From: Catajapyx aquilonaris
Lineage: Eukaryota
Direction: 5' to 3'
Length of the DNA: 20,000 nucleotides
Assembly (NCBI GenBank): GCA_000934665.2
Contig: KZ538515.1
Coordinates: 50,645 to 70,644, forward strand
The translations under genes were made by a program, and so were the position numbers. The notes below the pieces were generated by a model that saw nothing but the letters and a program-made list of their open reading frames with translations, was not told the DNA's origin and did not search any database. This document shows positions 1-11,888 of this stretch, piece after piece. Position 1 is the first letter of the stretch, and each line of letters begins with the position of its first letter.

Positions 1-984
1 ACTTGGAGTAAGCGTAAAAGCAACAGTTTTTCGCAAGTGATCAGAAGGGTTGGTAATTTTGGGGCGCCATGTTTGATTTTTTTTTTTACAGGAGGTGGGA
101 AAGGGTGGCGGTTTTTTTTATTTATTTGTAGCACGCAGCAGATGCGTGGTGTGCGTGGTTACTAGGACTAAAATGCCCTTGGGAGAGTTTGGCATTCTTA
201 ACCCCCACTGTTGCGTGTGTGGTCAATGTTTGGGTGTGTATTTGAAGGGGGGGTACAAAACGTAGCCAATTGGACTCCGAGGCCACCTCTTTTTTGACCG
301 ACAGCGACCTCCCAGCCCAATCCAACCCCCATGACCTCCATGACATTTTTCTGCCTGCAAATCCTCCCCACCCCCGTACAGTTTCGCCAAATTATCATCT
401 TGCAACACTGTGTGATTATGACCAATTGGTACCATTCGACTAATAAAAAATGGCAGAGCTGGCAAAAACTTGCGGGCAAGACTTGTCCTATTTAGACGGT
501 TGGTATATAGGAGGGGCTGGGGGGGTGGGGGCCAGAAGAATAAATGCCTTGGCACCTATTAGGTCCTTAAGTGTCGAAGATTTAGTTCGCCATATCGAAG
601 TCACGTACGTCAGTCACCATCAATATGGATCAGATCACTGATGTATTTTTAGCCTCGGGGTCACCGGATGGTCATCACGGGTACACCCAGTCACAAATCT
701 ATCGGGTCAGTTACACACGACATAAGGATCAAATTCCTCCTTTAAAAAAAATGTTCGCCATACGTTGCAACAAGGCCTTTTCAAATGACGTGGAAAAACT
801 ATTTGCAATCCTGCTAATTATACGACCCTTTACAACTCGAACATAATTAAGGAAGCTGTAATCAGTCCATCCACGTGTAAAGATGACGCCAAAGGAGAGA
901 CGCAGGTTTGAGGTCGAGCAAGACAATGGCTCGTAACAATATAAAAAAAAGGGAGACACGTGATCCCCACATGCCCCATCTTAC

Positions 985-1425
985 TCGTAGTTTGGGTAGC
1001 ACTGGGTGAGTCAGCTTGTTATCCTGGAAAGTAGGTGACCCACACCTCGAACCTTGCATCACTATCGTTGCGTACTACTAGGCTAGTTTTTCAGTTATCG
1101 GGGGTATGATATCGGTGATATGTGGTTTTCATCGTGACGCTTTCATGTCAATAGGAAATCCGATTTCCTATTAAATCATAGGGCTTTGACCCATAGTAGG
1201 CTGGGTAGCAAGTTGATGGGTTGTGTCCCTGGTGAATAATAATCACTCGAAGTGATATAACCCGGCCATGATGTTGGAAGTTCTGCAGCTGCATGACGGT
1301 CAAATGAATCTGTCTACACTATAATCGTATAATAGTGTCTAGCCATGATTACAGTGGAAGTTTGTTCGTTACTTGTATGGTCACTACGACAAATCCTGCT
1401 GTGATTTGTTGAAACAGTAAGTTAC
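985..1425 (-). other. Candidate exon of a minus-strand gene, mostly 5'UTR with several uORFs; possible coding start 1059-985 (MQGSRCGSPTFQDNKLTHPVLPKLR, phase 0)
   Basis: On the - strand, a pyrimidine tract TGTTTTTCTCTTTGGACATTACCAG| ends at 1426 and a donor CGA|GTAAGA lies at 985/984. The ATG at 1059 stays open for 25 codons up to the donor. No homology recognised. Confidence 0.3.
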
Positions 1426-1740
1426 CTGGTAATGTCCAAAGAGAAAAACAGTACGTTTACAAAATTATTTTAAATTGATATTAACTACTTATATAGCTAA
1501 TGTATAACCTCCATTAAGAAATGTATGTGGATATCGTGTTCAAGCATTTTTCCCATCCCAATGCTGTCCCATTTTATACAGCATATGCAAATATACAAAG
1601 TATTCCAAAAACAAAAAAAGAAACACTTATTGTCACAAGCATTTCTAATAAAGGATTCTCACCCTGTAATGCTGAATAACCATAATTTTTGTATTATACT
1701 GCACTATGATATATGCCTGCTGCATACAGAGGGCATGACT

Positions 1741-1917
1741 GTCATTCACACTGCACAAAAGTTTCATGATCGGATCATGTTCCGATCGTGCTTTTTCCAT
1801 TGTCATTAACTGACCAATATAAAAATTAATCGATAACTATGAATTAGTAATTAACTTAATTAACAACATCGAAAAACACATGACCATATCACGAAACTTT
1901 CGTATCGTGTAAATGAC
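1741..1917. mobile_element. Degenerate MITE/foldback element
   Basis: Left arm GTCATTCACACTGCACAAAAGTTTCATGATCGGATCATGT (from 1741) aligns with the reverse complement of the right arm, GTCATTTACACGATACGAAAGTTTCGTGATATGGTCATGT (ending 1917). The spacer is AT-rich. TSD not resolved. Confidence 0.7.
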
Positions 1918-2149
1918 CCTATATAGATTACACTCTAAATAACCTATATCATATAGAGCTATAGAGGGAAACAAGCTTCCAGCCACTTCTTGTATTCATA
2001 TCAAATAAAAAATGTAAGGGTGCAGCCAGGTGAGGGACCAACTGTTAATGCCATATGTGCTTCTGAGGGAATTGAGTCAAAATAAGGTTTTATTGGCACC
2101 GTCGCAGTGTGAATATCAAAGAAAACTGTGCCAGAGCCCTAAACAAGCC

Positions 2150-2601
2150 GAAAATGTAGAGGCACAAAATGTCGTAGAGGTGACTTAGGTGTGACATGGG
2201 AGGCATCCCATCTTGAACGATGTAAACGTCAATTAAAATGGGAGTAAATATTTCAACAGTCGGCAAACGCATAATTGCTACATCGGAAATGAAAAACCGA
2301 CGTTAGAAGGTGCCTGGATGCAGGAGAAATCTGAAAGATAGAGGCACAAAATGGGACAGAAGTAAAGGTGAACAAAGAACAATCCAACAAATAGTGCAAT
2401 GTGGTCGTGGGACTAGGATTTGGTGTTTATGCCAATGTCCTTCACTCTGTAAGTATTTTGTGCCTCTAGATTTGTGGCTTGCATTGTTACCAAACACATA
2501 TTTCACTTCTCGTACTGTTACGAAAGCAGTATAGACCAATGTTCCACTATGTCAATTCACAGCGTTCATCGTCGTCTACGTAGTTGACGATGGGCGTCTA
2601 G
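2150..2601 (+). mobile_element. Probable non-autonomous Helitron 3' portion (5' boundary unknown)
   Basis: A hairpin core CATCGTC..GACGATG (2567-2592) is followed by GGCGT-CTAG|T (CTAG 2598-2601), the canonical Helitron 3' signature. The motif TAGAGGCACAAAAT occurs at 2157 (+), 2339 (+) and 2455 (-). Confidence 0.45.
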
Positions 2602-3454
2602 TCATTTACAGCCTGTACATTTTTGACTTATTTTAGGTCAAGAAAAGCACTACTGGTATAGAAAAACCATTGTTGTTACACTATTGAGCATAAATGACAC
2701 ACACTACCCTTGTACAACATAACCATGCCTGCAATTATCAAAAAATATTGAAAATTCGCATATAAGAGGTTACAAGAAAATAAGTGGTGTTTTGACACCT
2801 ATTCTGATCAAAACCGATAGTCAATTCATATATACTTTGAATGATTGTATGCTTATAGACGTTACTTTTATAAAAGGAAAATGCAGAAAAAATTTATACT
2901 ATGAACACGTTTTCATATGTTCTAATCTAACTCCTCCTGGGCCAGTTAACAAATGTTCTAATGAAGTATTGTCTATTCAGAGTGGTAATGGGATTAATAT
3001 ACCTTAGTATTCATTATTATGATTACGGATGGGCAATTGTCCAGAAAAATGAGGGATTACATCATTATCATCCATGCAAATATAGGTGTTTTTTTCTTGC
3101 CTTTCCAGCCAAATGTGAGGCATTACATTCTCTGTGGCATATTTTAAGTTTTCATTTGAGTCATGTCATATAGACAGGGAAACAACTCTTGATCACGTGT
3201 GCACCGGATTAATGAAGTTATTGGTTCCCCCTCAGCTGCAGGATGCACCATTAAAAACTAATGAGTAAAACCTACTAAGTGCTGGGTGGTGATAGTTTTA
3301 TTCCACTAAATATGTCGTAACATAAAACTATGTCGCTTTAGTAGAACTTAGCTACATGGTTTAGGACAAAATATGTTGTTAAAGTTTAACGTAATATGAG
3401 GATGTCAACAATGCATACGACACATACTGTACACGTACACATATTTGAACAATG

Positions 3455-3873
3455 CAGGGTGTTTCATATAGGGTGAACTTCTGGGCACCAAAGAAACGTT
3501 TTATGTAGAGGTGTCATTTGGCCTCCCCAACCTCGTTACCAAGACATTGCATTATCATATGAAACATCTTCACATTTCATGTAAAATATCCTGCAGGTAT
3601 ACGTCCATCTGCGAGAAGACCATGCCTTTACTCTTCCAAATATATTACCGTGCAATTATATCAACTGCGATCTCATTAGGCGTAGCAGAAGTGCCCGAGG
3701 CGATAAGAGTGTCGCATGCTTGTATCCGCGACATAGGACTAAGTACAATGCCCTCTCTGACTAATGATATTTAGCTGGGTACAGAGGCTGCGGACACCAA
3801 GTGACACCTTTACATAAAGTGTTCCTTTGGGTGCCCAGAAGTTAGCCCAAAAAAGTTTGTCTGAATCACTATA
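3455..3873. mobile_element. Tc1/mariner-type MITE (CAGGGTGTTTCA terminus), diverged
   Basis: Left arm CAGGGTGTTTCA..AACTTCTGGGCACCAAAGAAACGTTTTATGTAGAGGTGTCATTTGG matches the reverse complement of ~3785-3873, AACTTCTGGGCACCCAAAGGAACACTTTATGTAAAGGTGTCACTTGG. Confidence 0.8.
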
Positions 3874-4454
3874 ATGCATCATATGTATAATAATAATGTT
3901 TAAAACTCTTGCAGCATTTTCGTAGGATAAAATGTACTGTACTGTATAATGCAGAGTACAAGTTACTGCATGGGGAGTGCGGAACGCTTCCAAGGGTATA
4001 CCTCTCACGACATACATGATATACCGGTAGTATTATTTACTCCTATTTGTATCTAGGATGCTGTTCAAATTGAAATGTCCATTTTATTTAGTTAGCAATT
4101 TTTCGGCTATAAACTGCTTATTTTAAAGCAGTTTGGACTAGTTACTTTCAGTGGCTGGCAAAAATATAGCTGCTAACATTTGGCCAAATTGAATCATCTG
4201 TCCAAGCACTAAATTGCAACTTTCCCATTGGAATAACCTGGCATTGAAAGTCAATGATTGAACCCACATTTTGCAAGCGTAGGCGTTAAAAAGAATGTGT
4301 CTACACAACCTAATATTACCAACTGGTAACCACTAAAAGTGACTCTATTCACAAGTAACTGTTTGAAAATTAGCATCTAATGCCATAAAATCGCAAACTA
4401 AAGAGACGCAAATCGGGACAACCCTGCATACAGACCCGAGTGCACATCGGGATC

Positions 4455-4745
4455 TACAATGGCAACGCGCATGCGCGACTGGCGTGCGTAATCAATCACA
4501 TATTTTCCCACCCTATTGTGGTATGTTATCTGAGCGTTCCACCCTGTATAATTTACTGTACAAGCAGTACGTCACAGCATTACATCACCAAACTGAGGTA
4601 ACTGTGTCCCACATGTTACACATCCACAGATTAAATGACATGCTCGAAAGAATTCACTTCTCTTGCCAATGGTACTGTACTGTAATGAAGTATCATGTAC
4701 TTGTTAGGAAGTAATTTCGTGTGTTTTCGCGCCTCATGAGTCACA
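4455..4745. promoter_or_regulatory. Promoter/enhancer-like motif cluster
   Basis: NRF1-type palindrome CGCGCATGCGCG at 4466-4477, RFX half-site ATGGCAAC at 4459-4466, E2F site TTTCGCGC at 4725-4732, AP-1 site TGAGTCA at 4737-4743. Motif matches only. Confidence 0.4.
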
Positions 4746-5906
4746 ACAAGTGCTGAAAGACTGACATATACGCAAGAACAAGCATACATAGTATACTACT
4801 CGAGCACTATTACTCAACAAGAGACAATTCAATTTATTCGGCTAATTACAGTATAAACATGAAACATCCATTAAATATAATAGAACCGGCCTGCGCACAC
4901 CTTCAACGAGGCAATAAATAGTGGCAGGCGCAAAATGTCAAAGGAGCGTCTCGGAAGGGCGAAACAATTCGGGAATGCAAATGAAGCTGATTGGCGTCCT
5001 TGAATTGCCACAGTCCTATCGCAATCAGACCCTGCTTAGCTCCAAACAAAACATCCCTAAGTGCCAACAACTGGGTGAAAAGGAAGCCCCCTTTGTTTTT
5101 GCACTTACGTCCCAAATGGAGGAAGCAGATAAGCCTGTTGACCAGATTACACTGTCTATTCCTGGAACACGTCACCCCCACCCACCATATACCACAAACC
5201 CTAGCAATAGTGTTTGTATAATTGATAGACAGGCAGGAGTGTATAAAGCACAAAAAATGTGAAGGTAGTCTATATACCCTTCTTCACCTCCATTATGGGA
5301 TTTGAGGCGCTAGTGCAATATAGACGTTAATTTTTGATGACTTTGCAGGAGAAACAATATTAGCACATATGAGCAAAATACTTGAGTGAATCCATAATTC
5401 AAATTGTGATTAAGAGCATAATAAGTTAATAGTATCTCTAACATGTTGTCATCAGTTTGTATAAGTGGCACTACTATTATAGCAAACTTGTTAAAATGTA
5501 GCCTATTTGCATACATTAAAATTTTCAAAATGATATCTTTGATCCATTTCGATGAAAGTTGAAAACGTCAGAGGATTTGTATGTAATAGGTGATACATTG
5601 TGGCCAAGAAATACAGTCCTCGCCCGTATTTTCCCAGGCGGCTTTTTCTGATCGATCGGTCTTGCCCTGGTCTTCACCATTTTGGGAAAGGATTCGGCGC
5701 AGATGGCAGCATATTATATAGGACTAGGGCGCTAACCCAAAGTTGAAGTGGTCAATCCTGGTTATTGCACCAAGTTCATAGTCATTTACACATCGGATAT
5801 TTCATTGAGCAATGCAGTGTATAAGATAATCATTCACCTTATTTGGCTGTTTCATATAATGGGTTCTCGACAGGTGATACAATTTGCTTAACATCCTACT
5901 GACCTA

Positions 5907-6202
5907 CAGGGTGATCCTAAATACTTAGGCCTATCCGATGAATATGGTTATTTGATGACCCTATACTGCATTTTAGAAGTTACTCTCTACATATAGTCTT
6001 TTAATGGTAAAATGAGATGCCAATTGTTGAAACGGGCCATTCCTAATTGGAAATACTTTTCTGTTGCAATTGGCTGGATGATTCCCATAGGCGTAATATT
6101 AGGAGCTAATACTTTCATAACCATTAAGAGTAACTACTTCAAAAAAGCAGCTTAGGGGTAATAAATAGCCATATTAGTTGGGCAGTATTTTGGATCGCTC
6201 TG
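5907..6202. mobile_element. Tc1/mariner-type MITE (TA|CAGGGTGATCC terminus)
   Basis: Left TA|CAGGGTGATCCTAAATACT..AATATGGTTATTT..CTGCATTTTAGAAGT versus reverse complement of the right end CAGAGCGATCCAAAATACT..AATATGGCTATTT..CTGCTTTTTTGAAGT. TA lies at 5905-5906; the right flank is TG. Confidence 0.8.
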
Positions 6203-7836
6203 TGTATAGTAGTTTTTATCATTTAGGTTTGCGAAGCAGACAATTGAAGTAGTAATGAAAGTAAAAGTACATATCTCATATTTCAATATATAGTGAGCAA
6301 AATTTGTTCGTGGTAAAAGATTAAAATAAACGTAAATAGCATACAGTTTCAGTCACTATACTCGCTTGAACTGTCTTCCTTAGTTGGCAACCATAACACA
6401 AACGAGCAGGAAGAATACAGAAGATTTACGTAGCAAATCTTTCAATGAGATATGGTAAGTGATTGTGTAATAGTTATTGAGTAGGCTACATGAGCATCAT
6501 TTAATTAGGATTAACATCTTCACATATTAATCCATGAGGCTTCAAGCCAAGCTCTGTATACCATCATCTATATGATATTCCTAAACTCTGTAAACAGTAC
6601 CAGGGTAGAAGTCTGATAAAATATTGCCGAGGAGAAAATAATGCTGAGGTGTATTTCTTTGTTCACATGCTGCATGGCGTTTACTGCTGATTTACATTAA
6701 TAGCGCAATTAGTGTAATCAAGGTGTAATTTTATAGCAAGCTCTCTCATTTGTTATAATTTATAACAATAAAGCTATAGCATTCTTGTTCCATCTATCTC
6801 ATCCCTTTGATATAGAGAAACCTGAGGTATTATAAATGTATATGGATAATTTGCTCCAATAATTACATCAATTGCGTTAACGTTCTACACCTAATTATAA
6901 ATTCTCAATTGTAAACTTGTTTGACATCGCCTTGACATTCAAGATTATTGACATATTTAACTGGAAGTCTTCATTGAATCATTATTATTCAGACTGTGGC
7001 AAACAACGTATCAGCATTGCTACGTGCGCTTGTGGCTCATCATTACCCTCTTGGCTACTGTGTACAGTACAGTATACCGGTTATCCGTGCTGCAAAGCTA
7101 TAGTCATTATGTGACTATCACTTCATATCAATGTCAATGTACCTTGCATAACAACTGGACATTAATGACATTACGACTGCACGAGGCATCATGCTGTTGC
7201 AATTCAGGTGAGAAAACCTGCAATTCAACATATTAGATCACATTTTATACCAACATTCATGTCACGTACAGTACCAGTTACTGTACACTATTATACATAT
7301 TATACCAGTTACCACATACAGGTATTGCATACCCATATTACTTCATTCACCAATAACATGAGAGGTCTTATGGCTTCTAAAATAAACTTCAAGAACCCAC
7401 TACCATTCGGATTTGTCACACTGCTTTACTCTAGGTCACACACTCCGAGCAATTATACGACATGAATAAACCACAACCTCTAGCGTACGGTAATTTGCTG
7501 AAATGAGGCTGCATTGTGTTGACAACTGGAAGCTAGACTGGGGGGAAAAACCAGTAGTACTATCATACCCTATACTGTATATACATAAACCTATCATTAG
7601 TCACGATCACATGTGGCCTTGCTGTACAATGACAGGTATCGTGCACACATATACTTATCTCCACCCTGCATAACTACGAAGCCCATCCCCACTCTAATCC
7701 CCCCCCCCCCAATTCTTCCGCAATGAGGCATGGGGGCATTGACCTCCTGGGAAGTGACGTCACATATGACGCTCAGTCACAAATATTTTTATACTCAAAA
7801 TCAAATCATCTGGAAATATTACAGTGCCAATTAGGC

Positions 7837-7902
<66 letters not shown>
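7837..7902. repeat. (TAT)22 microsatellite
   Basis: Perfect 66-bp trinucleotide run. Confidence 0.98.
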
Positions 7903-7903
<1 letters not shown>

Positions 7904-8184
7904 TACTGCAAATTCAAAGTGCAAATTTGCAAATCGCCCCATCTACAAGTCATACGTGACACTCACCTCTTAAAAAGGTGGGCAGTTTCCAAGAAATTAC
8001 AAAATTTGGAAGGAAAAAAAAACCCACATGCTGCCGCACACCAATACGCTTCCTGTTGCTTCAAAGTCTCGGCCACAAAAGACGTCACACTCACTCCGCG
8101 TTGTGTGCGTGTGTATATGTAGAGTGTGTGTGTGTGTGAAGAAAAAAAAAGGAAAGGGGGGGGGGTAGGGCATTGACCTCTTAC

Positions 8185-8350
8185 CACGGGGACGTACGTA
8201 AACCCACAGAATAACAATAATCAACAGACCTACATACTGTCACCCAAAATTACATGTGTGGACGTCACACTCTCATACGCACGCTCATGCACACACACAC
8301 TCACATATGCACTGCGATTGCCACCAGTCACCAGGCTGCCCACCAGGCCT
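8185..8350 (-). other. Candidate non-coding first exon of a minus-strand gene (5' end approximate)
   Basis: Donor GTG|GTAAGA on the - strand at 8185/8184, just downstream (in - orientation) of the E2F/CCAAT cluster. Confidence 0.35.
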
Positions 8351-8369
8351 AGTTGAACAATTCAACTCA

Positions 8370-8645
8370 AAAAATTTCGCACGCACGTGGACCACTTTCG
8401 CGCACTTTTTTTTTTTGGCGCGAAAACTTTTTCCCGCCCTGACCAATTTGACGCGCCCGATTTTTGCAGACCTTTTGGAGGAAAAGAGCAAAAAGAGAAC
8501 CGGTGTGAGAGACACAGAGCCTCGTAATGTAACTCGCGCCATTCCACATCCCCCCTCTCTTCTCTCTCTCACACACCCTCTCTCCCTCTCTCCTCTCTTT
8601 CTCTCCCTCTCTCTCCCTCTCCCTCTCTCTTGGCGGGAAATCAGA
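8370..8645. promoter_or_regulatory. CpG-rich E2F/CCAAT/E-box promoter
   Basis: TTTSSCGC matches at 8396-8403, 8414-8421, 8418-8425 (reverse), 8430-8437 and 8633-8640 (reverse). CCAAT at 8443, CACGTG at 8384-8389, local CpG enrichment, CT-rich tract ~8555-8630. Confidence 0.7.
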
Positions 8646-9053
8646 CGCATGGGTACCGATTCGGCTCGAAGTAAGGCGCAGGGGGTCTAGATGGTGGGGG
8701 ACGCATAACCCCCCCCCCCCCCTAACCCTCACATCCCTCTCTGTATGATCATACTAAACTTGGTTTTTGTTAAGGAGGCATTGATTACAAATTATTTGAA
8801 AATGCCATATTTTAAAAACTAATATTTTGATTGGGTGCTATATGGTTAATGTGCCTAATTGATATGGGTAGTGTTGAAAATTATGAGACATGTTTTTGCA
8901 CTGCTTGGCTTTATTAGGGTAATTAGGTAGGACCGTATTGCGTGTCCGGCCTTGCGCAAAATGCGTCCTATACTTAACCTACTGCGCTGAACAGGTGTCA
9001 TACAGTACAGTACAATTCGAGCTTGCGAAACTATGAATGTACAGTACCATACC

Positions 9054-9318
9054 CAGGGGCGTAGGCAGAAAAAAAATCGGAAGGAGGCCCATTCAATAAG
9101 CAATAGGTGAACAAGCCATAAAGGGAGGGGAAGAAGCCCGCCGGCCGCCGCAGGCGAAATGGGGGGGTTCAAGGTCACACGAGCTTAGGTGAATTGGGAT
9201 ATGTATTTGATGAAACTGGTAGCACTTTTTCCAAATAAAAACATGAATTAGTAATTTCTAATGCTATTTCAAACATTTCGGGTGGGGGTCCGGCCCCCTG
9301 CCCCTGTATACGCCCCTG
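9054..9318. mobile_element. MITE with CAGGGGCGTA terminal inverted repeats and a 7-bp TSD (CCATACC)
   Basis: CAGGGGCGTA at 9054-9063 and TACGCCCCTG at 9309-9318. CCATACC flanks both ends directly (9047-9053 and 9319-9325). Confidence 0.92.
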
Positions 9319-11688
9319 CCATACCATTACTCATATAGGAAAAAATCTGAAACATCTACCATTTCCACGTGCAATGCCTTTTATTCCCCCCNCTACCCCA
9401 CCCTGATCAAGATACCGTAATGCGAAATTCCGTGACGGTAGCCCCTAGATAAAGTCGATCTCTGGTCAGATATTGGATGCTGCGAAAGAAAAACCGGGAG
9501 GGTGCCCTAAGAATGTTTTCTAGGATGACCTGGGGGCCCCCACCAGGCACGGAAGGAGAACAGCAAAAGGGTCACACACACAAAAAATTAAAGAAAAAGA
9601 AGGGTAAAGGATGAAGAGGAATAACAAAAAAAAGGAGGGACGCACGTGGCGATGGAAAAGGAGAAGAAAAGGGCATTGACGCTATTCGAGGGTGGTGGTA
9701 CAAGGAAAACAAAAGGTAGCTGAGGGCATGGATCAAAAACCCGGATTGTTACGCTCATTGTTGGTGGCACGCAAAATCCGGAAGAGGTCTGAGGAGGAAA
9801 TGGGGGAAAGGAATGCGTGCGACCTTGGTTCGATGTGAGGTGAACGAACTTATAAAAGACGTAACCGGCAACACTTACACGCCATCAAAATAATATAACA
9901 CTATTTTTAGATGCCCCATGGTTTTGTTGTTGTTGTTGTTGTTTGTAAACAAAACAATATGTAAAATTGAGCATTGTAATAAATCATGCTGTTGGGAGAG
10001 ATAGGTTCATTCATGCCAATTCATCAGGGAGGTTTTTCCACGCAGTCGTAAACTGGGGGCTTTCACTGGCAAAAACGACAAGTTGGTCATGAATGACGAC
10101 CCATTTCGAGTTATAAGTCCATAACCATCCTTAACAATCCTCTTCTTGCACATCAGCTTTTATACATGTCACCCCCCTCCTTCCTACCACACCCCCCCGA
10201 AAAATCGGATTCGACGTCCAACCATATCGTAATGAAATCTCACCATCGATTTTTTTCCCCCAGGTTCATCGCACTCTTGTAATTAATAATATTTTAAAAA
10301 CCATCGAAGAGTGCCGGATATAGCCTCAGTGTCCTAACTACATTTTGGAACCCCTCAGTTTAAAAAAAATTAGTCACATAATAGCATTTTCAGTCCTAAT
10401 TTTTGATACTCTCATCCTCAGCCAACTGAGGCACGGGAAACAGCATCGTTACCAAGGCGTCGAAGATCACCGTACATTTCCCTCTGAAGAAGCTTGAAGA
10501 AGAGTGGAAAAAAAAAAGAACGGCAGGAAGCCACGTGGAGGAATGGTCAACAAGCAGCAGAATCTACCCCCGTATACTTCCTCTTCCCCAAGCCTGTTTA
10601 ATGGCCCCCACACCGCCAGCTAGATAAATCCCATCCACCCCTACTCTTCTATTCACAAGAGAGGATGAAAAAACAGCAAAATGTTGCCCCACCAAAATAT
10701 TTTATGGTCGACCAACAGCTGAGAGACTCGCTCGGCAAACTTGCCAAAACAATTAGTGGTAATATGGCATTGTTTCAAGTCATCATGATTCCATTGAATT
10801 TTCCCATTGCGTGGGTGAATCATTTTGTATCTGACGTTGTGGTCTACTTATTCATAGTTTTTTTCCCCACCATTTGCGACATTATGTTACAACAGCCACC
10901 AGGTCACGTGTAACGCTCTCACGCACCAACACACACATCAACAGGTGCCAATGTCGCCCCCCCCCCCCTATCCTCCCACACCCCCATGGCCTGAAAGTGA
11001 GTTATTCAGGCAGGTTCATTGCTCACATTAGAAGAATGCCCTTCAGGTTAAGCCCTCGTAATTCTCCTTGAACAGTAGCTTGAACTGACACATTGTCATG
11101 TAATCTGTACTGTACACGTTGCATGTTACGTACATTGTCTAACCCGCAGGGCTCTTTCCCATCCATCATTTAGGCCATCAAAAAGTTTGACTTAAACCCG
11201 GTTGTATACATACATTACCCTTAGTATGTACACTCGCGACCATAATGTGGACGGTAGGTCCACAACTTTATGTTCGCGACAGTACTGGCCGATTCGAAAA
11301 AAAAAATGTAATTGACTCAAAATCTATAGGACTAGCATATTAAATTAAAATTAGGCAGATATTAGCCAGTAGCCGTTATCACGTGGGGGGGGGGGGGGGT
11401 TATCATGCACATGCCGGGTAGAATCCTGTGTCCCGTTCCCACGTGGGTTGGGTGGGGTTGACAGACTCCTTCTCACCAACCCGTATTTATCCCCCTCCCC
11501 ACCTCATCCCCCAACCTGACTACTCCACCCCCTTCCTTTCACTATCGCCTAAAAACACGTCAGGAAATCCTATAGGGGGCAATGGGGAGGGGGGGGGGGA
11601 CCTATTCCATATGTCATTCCCTAACTTCCCAGATGACGCAGGTTTTTTTCTATGCGACAATGTCCCACTTTTGAAGCACCCCCGCCAC

Positions 11689-11736
<48 letters not shown>

Positions 11737-11748
11737 TGTAATAATAAT
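11689..11748. repeat. (AAT)16 TGT (AAT)3 microsatellite
   Basis: Direct reading of the sequence. Confidence 0.97.
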
Positions 11749-11865
11749 ATGTAGTGGGTCTAGCTCTTGAAAATAACGGTAATTTTTGGGGGTGTTTCGG
11801 AATGGGAAAAGTAGATCCAAGTGTCGTTGGCGTCGGCGCCATATACGCACAGATGACTATTGATC

Positions 11866-11888
11866 GAGAGAGAGAGAGAGAGAGAGAG
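11866..11888. repeat. (GA)n microsatellite
   Basis: Direct reading of the sequence. Confidence 0.9.

Noticed and set aside
2090..2330. Minus-strand exon or 60-aa ORF after the acceptor-like site at 2331
   Set aside because: No nearby donor, an unconvincing peptide, and it lies within the probable Helitron.
4921..5262. 113-aa + ORF and overlapping 116-aa - ORF
   Set aside because: Non-ATG starts, no recognisable domain and no matching splice-site pair. More likely regulatory DNA.
7723..7959. Poly-Tyr/poly-Asn ORFs (also 11428-12016 and 12978-13211)
   Set aside because: These are translations of microsatellites.
8256..8732. ORFs of 121-144 aa on both strands
   Set aside because: They stay open only because of the CA/CT repeats and GC-rich promoter sequence, and translate as low-complexity peptides.
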